From: a bacterium
GTDB lineage: Bacteria; SZUA-182; DTGQ01
Direction: 5' to 3'
Assembly (NCBI GenBank): GCA_040752695.1
Contig: JBFMGO010000064.1
Span: 1-33,389 of the forward strand
Length of the DNA: 33,389 nucleotides
The stretch's first letter is position 1. Each line of letters begins with the position of its first letter. Below are positions 26,480-33,389 of the stretch, one piece after another. Under the pieces are notes generated by a model, which was given only the letters and a program-made list of their open reading frames with translations, was not told the origin of the DNA and made no database searches. The position numbers and the translations under genes were made by a program.

Positions 26480-27592
26480 ATGGCTCCGAAAAAACTTTCA
26501 ATTAAAAGGCTGATTCTTATCTTTAGTGCAATTACTGTCTGTGTTGTCGGCATCATGGCAGCGCTGACCAGTGGTCCCAAGACCTGGCAGGCCATCAGGC
26601 AGATACATGTCAAGTATATGATTCTGGCCCTTATCCTCGGAGCATTATCGATCTCGATCGACAGCCTGGTACTCCTTATTATCTGCCGGGCGGCCGGAAC
26701 AAAGATCAAGTTTTTCTATTCCGTTGAAACTATTCTTTTCTATATGTTCCTCTCCTCGGTCACTCCCACGGTCACCGGCGGAGAGGCATTGATGGTTTAT
26801 CAGCTCACGCAAAAAGGTATGCCGCTTGGGAAAGCTACCAGTGTCATTCTCCTGCGGGGAATGCTTATCATTTCGATTATCGCCATAGCTGCTCCTGTTA
26901 TCGTCTATTTTCATGGGGATCTTATCCAAAATATAATCTTGAAAAACCTTTTTCGCTATATTGCGGTTTTTCTCTTTCTCATCGTCATGTTTCTCGTTTA
27001 CACCATGTTGAATCCATTGAAAGGCGAAGAGGTGATACATAAAGTCTGCCTGTGGGTAGAACGATGGAAACCCTTTGCCAAATATGCTGAAAGACTGGAG
27101 AAAAAGCTGAACATCTGGATCGATGATTTCAGCAGTTGCCTGAAGGAATTTTTTAAAAGCAAGAAAAAGATCCTCCTGGCAGGCAGCATGTTAAGTACCG
27201 TTGCTCTGAGCGCCAACTATCTGATCGCCTACGTTATCATGAAAGGACTGAACCACCCTGTTCCTGTTTTGCGGGTACTCATGGTTCAGTTCGTCCTCTA
27301 CTTTTTGCTCTATTTCACCCCTACGCCGGGAGGAACGGGAGTGGCCGAAGGAGGCTGCTATGCAATGTTCGCCGCTTCGATTCCCAACCACCTTTTGGGA
27401 ATCTTTGTTATCCTCTGGAGGGTCTTTACCGTTTATCTGTGGGTTATCCTGGGGGGAATGCTTATTACCAAAACAATCGGACTTGATCTTTTGGATAAAA
27501 TCTTCACTTCAGGTGATAAAAATTCCGATTCATGCCCTGACGATAACGAAAACTCCGCTCCACCCTGCCTGGGTGAAAATTCCCGCGTGTAA
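26480..27592 (+). CDS. Lysylphosphatidylglycerol-synthase TM / flippase-like membrane protein (UPF0104)
   Basis: SSVTPTVTGGE, FTPTPGGTGVAEG, LWRVFTVY; start uncertain. Confidence 0.85.
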   Translation: MAPKKLSIKRLILIFSAITVCVVGIMAALTSGPKTWQAIRQIHVKYMILALILGALSISIDSLVLLIICRAAGTKIKFFYSVETILFYMFLSSVTPTVTGGEALMVYQLTQKGMPLGKATSVILLRGMLIISIIAIAAPVIVYFHGDLIQNIILKNLFRYIAVFLFLIVMFLVYTMLNPLKGEEVIHKVCLWVERWKPFAKYAERLEKKLNIWIDDFSSCLKEFFKSKKKILLAGSMLSTVALSANYLIAYVIMKGLNHPVPVLRVLMVQFVLYFLLYFTPTPGGTGVAEGGCYAMFAASIPNHLLGIFVILWRVFTVYLWVILGGMLITKTIGLDLLDKIFTSGDKNSDSCPDDNENSAPPCLGENSRV

Positions 27593-27621
27593 TGAGGGTG
27601 AGGATCCCCATGGAGCCAGCC

Positions 27622-28278
27622 CTAAAACTGTTTTTTAAGATGTTCCGGACGCTGGGGAACGACCATCCCACCGGAGACAATCAGTTTGATAGCATCTTCA
27701 ATGCTCATGGATAGTGAAATGATCTGATCGCGGGGAACCATAACCAGCATTCCTGAAGTCGGGTTGGGAGTAGTGGGGATAAAAATGTTCAGTACTTCTT
27801 TTTGAATAAGATCATGGATCTCCCCTCTGGCATCGGAGGTAACAAAGCCGATTACGTACATTTCATGACGGGGATATTCGATCAGGACAACCTGCTGAAG
27901 GAACTTTCGGTTACTCATGGAGACAGTGGATTCCATGATCTGTTTGGAGGCATAATAGATATTCCAGACCAGGGGTACTTTGCTCAAAAATTTTTCAGCC
28001 AGGGTAAGGAATTTTTTGCCAATGACGTTGGCAACAATCAAACCGAGAATAAAGCAGGCAGTAACGAGGCAGCATAAGCCCAGGAGACCGGGAATGTGGT
28101 AACTCTTAAGCTGGGAGAGACCCAGCAGTTGCAAAGCGAAGGAAACAGGACGGGCCAGAATCCGCTCAAATATGTTAAAGATAAAAACCAAAAGAGAAAT
28201 AGTAACGAAAATCGGTACAATAACCAGGAATCCAGCTACAAAAGTATTCCTCATCTTTCGAATGAGTTTTTCAGTCAT
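27622..28278 (-). CDS. DUF502 membrane protein
   Basis: FVAGFLVIVPIFVT, VVLIEYPR, IFIPTTPNPTSG, LIVSGG. Confidence 0.92.
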   Translation of the reverse strand: MTEKLIRKMRNTFVAGFLVIVPIFVTISLLVFIFNIFERILARPVSFALQLLGLSQLKSYHIPGLLGLCCLVTACFILGLIVANVIGKKFLTLAEKFLSKVPLVWNIYYASKQIMESTVSMSNRKFLQQVVLIEYPRHEMYVIGFVTSDARGEIHDLIQKEVLNIFIPTTPNPTSGMLVMVPRDQIISLSMSIEDAIKLIVSGGMVVPQRPEHLKKQF

Positions 28279-28356
28279 ATAGGTTTTTCAGCCTTAGATA
28301 TCGATGGGTGGAGTTAAAATTGGTGTACAATGCCCCTGGTCTTTGCTCAAGAGGGT

Positions 28357-28863
28357 TCACTGAAATTTAGTCACAAAAAGAGGACAAAAGCGTACTACAC
28401 CGAGGCAGGTCAGCGTTACGACTACTCCAGCGATCAGCACTCCGAGGATAATAGCCAAAAATGCATCCCGCTTGCGAAATCGAAATAAAAAAGCAGCGAC
28501 AGCCCCTGACCAGGCTCCAGTAAAAGGCAATGGTACGGCTACAAAGAGAGCCAGACCCAAAAGTTCCATTTTTTCAATAATTTTACTCCGGTTACGGGTC
28601 CTCTGGAATAGCCAGTTGAAAAAGGTATCAAAGATGGAAAATCTTTTCAGGTAATTCGATGTTGGCTCAAGAAAAAAAAGCACGGGCAGAATCGGAATCA
28701 GGTTTCCCGTTACAGCCAGGGTAAAGGCTCTGGCTGCCGGTACTTTCAGACTTATGGCCAAAGGGATAGCACCCCGCAGCTCTGCAATGGGCAGCATGGC
28801 CACAAGCAGTACGAGAGGTTCGGGCCGCATTCCCCTCAGGAGGTTAAGAAGATACTGGAGCAT
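28357..28863 (-). CDS. COG2426 / putative small multi-drug export membrane protein
   Basis: MLPIAELRGAIP, GLALFVAVPLPFTGAWSG. Confidence 0.9.
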   Translation of the reverse strand: MLQYLLNLLRGMRPEPLVLLVAMLPIAELRGAIPLAISLKVPAARAFTLAVTGNLIPILPVLFFLEPTSNYLKRFSIFDTFFNWLFQRTRNRSKIIEKMELLGLALFVAVPLPFTGAWSGAVAAFLFRFRKRDAFLAIILGVLIAGVVVTLTCLGVVRFCPLFVTKFQ

Positions 28864-29032
28864 AAGAGATTTTATCCTTTATGTATGGTTCGTAAAAACA
28901 TCCTTTGTCTTTTCAACAAAAGCACCCCCAATCAGATGGATATGATGATCGGTATCAGTGGCTATGGTGAGCGATAACGAATGATGCATTTTTCACAAGA
29001 AGCAGTTTAGCACATTCTCCCGGTTTTGTAAA

Positions 29033-30730
29033 TTAATGCCTTTGCCCGCTCAGTTCCTCTTTCACCGATCGAAGAAGATCGGAAAGGGTATAAGGCTTTT
29101 GGAGAAACCGGAATCCCCGTTTGCGGATGGAGGTCCACTGCGATTTTTGATCAGGATAGCCGCTCATGAGCAAGATATGGAGTTTTGGCTGGCGATCGAG
29201 CAGTTGATCGACCAGTTCAAGACCGCTTTGATCCGGCAGCACCATATCACTCAGGACCAGGTGAAATTCCCCCCTCTCTTTTTCAAAGACAGAAAGTGCC
29301 TCCTGCACATCGGGAACCTCAGTTACCGTATAGCCATTTTCAACGAGAATCTTCGAGGTTAACTCACGAACTCCCGGTTCATCCTCCACCAGTAAATTGG
29401 CCAGGCCGTGCTTCAGGGATCATTTTGGAGTATTCTTCATCCAAAGCCATATTTTCGGTCCTGATGGTAATCTGGCCACCACGAGGCATGGCATCTCTGG
29501 AATTGACAACCAGATTTACAATTACCTGCTCGATAGCGCCTTCTTCAGCCCAGATAGACCAAAGATCGGGCTTCGGAGCGATCGTGAGGATAATGTCTTC
29601 ACCGATAAGCCGGGTAAGCATCTTGAGTAAATTATCGATGATGTCATTCAAGTCAAGGAAATGAGGCCTTGTCGGCTGTTTACGGCTGAAAAGGAGCAAT
29701 TGACGGGTAAGATTGGCCGCTCGCTCTGTAGACTGTAGCACTTGACGGAGGTCCCTGGATAGAGAGGTTTGCCCGTTCACCTTTCGTAAGGCCATACTGG
29801 CATATCCTTGAATCGTCGTCAGGAGGTTATTGAAATCGTGAGCTACACCTCCGGCCAGAATACCTATGGCCTCCAGTTTCTGGGACTGAAGGAGTTGGTC
29901 CCGGATTTTTTCTTTTTCTTCCTCAGCCTTCTTCATTTCCGTAATATCCTGGGCAATGCCGATCAGCTTGATCGGATTGCCGGCAGCATCGGAAAAAGTC
30001 TCCCCTTTTCCCTGAAGTATCCGCTCTGACCCATCTTTTCGAACGATTCTGTACCGGTACTCGAAGGGTTTCTTGCTCCGGCGTGCTTCTTCAATCACTT
30101 TTTTTGCCTGGTCACGGTCATCGGGATGAATAAACTCAAGGATTCCTTCAAGAGATAAATCAAACTCCCCGGCTTGGATAGCAAGGATTTGACAGAGTTC
30201 ATCAGACAGAGTCAATTGGCCGGTAAAAAGATCCATATCCCAACTGCCGAGCCGGCCAAGCTTTTGTGCCTCAGCCATTCTTACCTGACTTTTTCTCAAT
30301 TCATCCTCGGTCATTCTGTGCTCTTCGATTTCCTGCTGAAGTTGAATAGTTGCTTTCGTTAATTCAAACGTTCTCTCTTTCACCGCCTCCTCAAGGTGAG
30401 AGCGGTGTTCCTTTAATGATTCCTCACTTTGTTTAAGATTTCTGAATAAAAGGTGATAAGGCTTCATAAGGCCGGTCTCAATAACGGCTTTATAAATGAG
30501 ATAAAACGAAAAAATCTTGAACGAATGCCCGATCAGATTGGAAGGGTCATGCGGGAGAGGGATAAAAATAAGGGCCAACTCGGAACCTATGGTCAAACCG
30601 ACTGAGGTGATTAAAAGATACAGTTCGCTGATGAAACTGAATGGGGTCAGACCCACTCCTTCGATTTCTGTTTTTCGGTCTTATCAACCAGCACCTTTCC
30701 AATTTCTCGCCGATAGTACCGATTTCTCAT
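29033..30730 (-). pseudogene. Degraded MASE3-PAS-HisKA-HATPase-REC hybrid kinase
   Basis: MASE3-like tail (IEGVGLTPF..ISE; SNLIGHSFKIFSFYLIYKAVIETGL), PAS, H-box LAGGVAHDFNNLL, N-box NLVVNSRDAMPRGG. The sequence breaks after ARPGQF (about 29394), with no G1/F/G2 boxes, into an out-of-frame receiver LLVEDEPGVR...FLQKPY. Confidence 0.85.
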
Positions 30731-30857
30731 GCCGATAATTCCATTGAATAAACCAACCTTGGATGCAACAATGAGCAGAGCTGGGGGGAGAATCAAAACA
30801 GGTTCCTGTCCAGGGAGCATCCGGTCGCAAAAGAAAATAACAAAGGTATAGGAAGTT

Positions 30858-32039
30858 ATGATCAATCATAATCGCCGGATATTAATCGTCGATGACCAAC
30901 CTGAGATCCTGGAAGATTATATCAGAATCCTGTCTCCGGTATCCCCTCAGGAGGAAGAGGAGAAGCTGGCATCCCTGGAGGCGGCAATTTTTGGTGATAT
31001 TCCGGAGCAGGGGCCAGGACAGAAACGATCGGAAAAAGATTATACTCTTATCCTGGCCAAACAGGGAGAAGAGGCCGTATCTTTAGTCGCCCAGGCAGTG
31101 AATGAAAAAAAGCCTTTTGCCGTCACCTTCATGGATGTACGGATGCCTCCCGGAATAAATGGTGTTCAGGCAGCGAGCGAGATCCATAAAATCGATCCTG
31201 ATCTGGAGATCGTTCTGGTCACCGCCCACTCCGATGTTTCCCGCCAGAAGATTCTGGAATTATTAGGGACAGCCGATAAATTGCTCTACCTTCGTAAACC
31301 TTTTGATGCAGATGAAATCAAGCAGTTGGCCATGGCCTTGACGGACAAATGGAACTTAAGCAAAATGGTCGAACAGAAAACCGAAGAGTTGAGGTTGACC
31401 CATTCAACTACCATTCTTGCCCTGGCTGAATTGGCCGAGTTGAAGGATACTGCTACGGGTGGACATTTAAAGCGCGTGGCCGAGTATTCGAAACTCATTG
31501 CCACCGAACTGGGAAAGCTGAAGGAACCCATGTGGTGTAAGTATATAACGGATAAGTACATACAAGATCTCGGTGAATCAAGCGTATTGCACGACATCGG
31601 CAAGATCGGCATTCCTGAGGCTATCTGGCTGAAGCCCGACAAACTGACGGTCCCAGAATTCGAGTTCATGGAAACCCATACCACCATAGGAGGAGACGCT
31701 CTTGCCAAGGCTGACCGGGAGATGGGAATACCATCCTTTCTGACCCAGGGGAAAGAGGTTGCCTATTATCATCATGAAAAATTTGACGGCACTGGATACC
31801 CCAAGGGACTGAAAGGCCGGGACATCCCTCTGTCCGCCCGGATTGTGGCTTTGGCTGATGTCTATGATGCCCTGACCTCGATGCGCCCCTACCGGCAGGC
31901 TCTGTCACATGAGGCAGCTTACAGGCTCATTACCGAAGAAATGGGGAAAAAACACTTCGATCCGCTCATTCTGCACATCTTTCAAAAGAATGCACAGAGG
32001 TTTAAGGTAATCAGTCAAAAGTACTCCTGGTCACTTTGA
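30858..32039 (+). CDS. RpfG-type response regulator: receiver + HD-GYP c-di-GMP phosphodiesterase
   Basis: ILIVDDQ, FMDVRMPPG, LRKPF; LHDIGKIG, HHEKFDGTGYP, ARIVALADVYDALTSMRPY. Confidence 0.93.
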   Translation: MINHNRRILIVDDQPEILEDYIRILSPVSPQEEEEKLASLEAAIFGDIPEQGPGQKRSEKDYTLILAKQGEEAVSLVAQAVNEKKPFAVTFMDVRMPPGINGVQAASEIHKIDPDLEIVLVTAHSDVSRQKILELLGTADKLLYLRKPFDADEIKQLAMALTDKWNLSKMVEQKTEELRLTHSTTILALAELAELKDTATGGHLKRVAEYSKLIATELGKLKEPMWCKYITDKYIQDLGESSVLHDIGKIGIPEAIWLKPDKLTVPEFEFMETHTTIGGDALAKADREMGIPSFLTQGKEVAYYHHEKFDGTGYPKGLKGRDIPLSARIVALADVYDALTSMRPYRQALSHEAAYRLITEEMGKKHFDPLILHIFQKNAQRFKVISQKYSWSL

Positions 32040-32130
32040 CATTACCCCAAAAAAAAGTACTTTTCAGGATATTTTGTGCTGCTGCAAGGCAACACCTGCA
32101 AGCCTGTGTCGCGTTTGGTCAGATCCTTCC

Positions 32131-32664
32131 TCACTCTTTATTCATGTTCCGATCACACGGTTTTTGAATAACAATGCAATCCTCTCCCTCTATGGGTGTT
32201 CCATCCCGCAATTCACCAGTGATGGTTAAAACTGCTACATCACCCTCGCCAATATCTCCCATGGTGGACAGGATCTTTGAACAATCAAAATCAAAGACCA
32301 GGTCATCGATTCCATCGCCTTCTTCTATCGTGCAATCACAAATGTCCTGGCGGTCTGCAATCGGCGTACTTACATCCTCTTTCCTGTAGCCGGTGGGAGA
32401 GACTCCCTCGAGCCTGATTGATCCCGGATCAATACTGGTTACATCCATCTGCACAGTACCAAGAATCGCTACTTGAAAAGTGCCCTTGCTTCCTGCTTCC
32501 AGTGGATTAGGACAGAATCCGGGCTCGATATCGACTTCAACCTTCTCAATCTCCTCGATACCCCAGGCCAGATATGGTTGGTGTAAGGCTTTGCCCAAAG
32601 GCATGGTCAAAAAAAACAGAAACAACGATGCAGCTATGAGTATAGGTTTTACCGTTTCCCTCAT
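32131..32664 (-). CDS. Secreted acidic protein with a DIxPGxCPNP-type beta domain
   Basis: Signal-like N-terminus; VDIEPGFCPNPL, VAILG, DGIDDLVFDF, LTITGELRDGTPIEGED; AAGGAG SD before ATG 32664. Confidence 0.8.
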   Translation of the reverse strand: MRETVKPILIAASLFLFFLTMPLGKALHQPYLAWGIEEIEKVEVDIEPGFCPNPLEAGSKGTFQVAILGTVQMDVTSIDPGSIRLEGVSPTGYRKEDVSTPIADRQDICDCTIEEGDGIDDLVFDFDCSKILSTMGDIGEGDVAVLTITGELRDGTPIEGEDCIVIQKPCDRNMNKE

Positions 32665-33203
32665 TTTTTTCTCTCCTTGTGTCATAATGATATACCTGCC
32701 ATGAGAGATTTCCTCTCTTTATAGTATACAATCATTACAGAATAAGATCAAAAGCTTCTCCCGGTTTCGATACTCTTTCACTCCACATATTTTCCCTCAT
32801 GGATGAAAAAGATGTCACCTGCAACAGCACCATCATATGTATTTATTTCCCAATCTCTTATCCCTTGTCCCTTTTTCTTGCCGGGTAACGATCTATAGTT
32901 ATGGTTCGGCCTTTTCTCAGGTTTCTCTTTCTGTTTCTTTCCATCAGGGCTGCCCGCCCTAAAAGAGTTTTCCAAGTGTATCGGTTGCAGCCGGTGAGCA
33001 ATTGAATCGGCGGGGAATCACATATGTGCAATGCATTTCCTAGCAGGTTGTAAAAAGTTGCATAATTTTTTTGAGAGATATATCCCTAACATGGGGCCAC
33101 GGATTGAGAGTTGTGCCTCCTTCTCTTGTTTATCGCTTGTATATATGATATAAATCAAGAACATAGAAATCTTAATTCAGGACCGAAGAGAAAAGTTATA
33201 CTA

Positions 33204-33219
33204 TGGCATAAGGATTGCT
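33204..33219 (+). promoter_or_regulatory. Sigma54 (-24/-12) promoter for a gene beyond the window
   Basis: TGGCA-TAAGGA-TTGCT with canonical spacing, in an AT-rich intergenic region. Confidence 0.7.
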
Positions 33220-33389
33220 TATAATACTATGAACAGAACATACACCGCTCCCTGATATTTTACCCGTGAAGTTTGACTGTTTTACTCATGGGCTTTGTAA
33301 GGTGAAAGTATTAAGAATAATGCATACACTATTGATGAAGCCGTTTCAGATAAGGAAACTGAAGATCTCTTTTTTTATTATGGGAGTAT

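Noticed and set aside
29379..29400. Programmed frameshift joining kinase and receiver
   Set aside because: No slippery heptamer, and a frameshift would not restore the missing ATP-binding boxes.
32778..32975. 65-aa minus-strand ORF
   Set aside because: TTG start, no clear SD and no recognisable motif; coding status unsupported.

Overview
Bacterial chromosomal window (no introns, Shine-Dalgarno sites, sigma70 and sigma54 motifs). The gene content resembles an anaerobic Desulfobacterota-like or candidate-phylum organism, but taxonomy cannot be fixed from sequence alone. Order of contents: (1) an alpha-glucan,water dikinase (GWD)-like protein, a family I know only from starch-storing eukaryotes; (2) an FmdB zinc ribbon; (3) two secreted Tyr/Ser/Pro/Gly-rich proteins (LVIVD + dockerin-like; I42/chagasin) sharing a conserved 15-aa tag; (4) an OprO/P porin with a dockerin-bearing diheme GEGP protein; (5) an M50-like protease and a methyltransferase; (6) an RdgC-like gene pair; (7) two paralogous MFS transporters; (8) a di-heme oxidoreductase; (9) a hybrid kinase followed by an internally deleted response regulator; (10) lsrF with a Zn-dehydrogenase; (11) a MoxR ATPase with an unusual partner; (12) RRM, flippase-like, DUF502 and COG2426 genes; (13) a multiply deleted MASE3-PAS hybrid kinase pseudogene; (14) a REC-HD-GYP phosphodiesterase; (15) a small secreted protein. 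No rRNA, tRNA, CRISPR array or mobile element was seen. Short tandem duplications are frequent. All family assignments come from motif recognition, not database searches.
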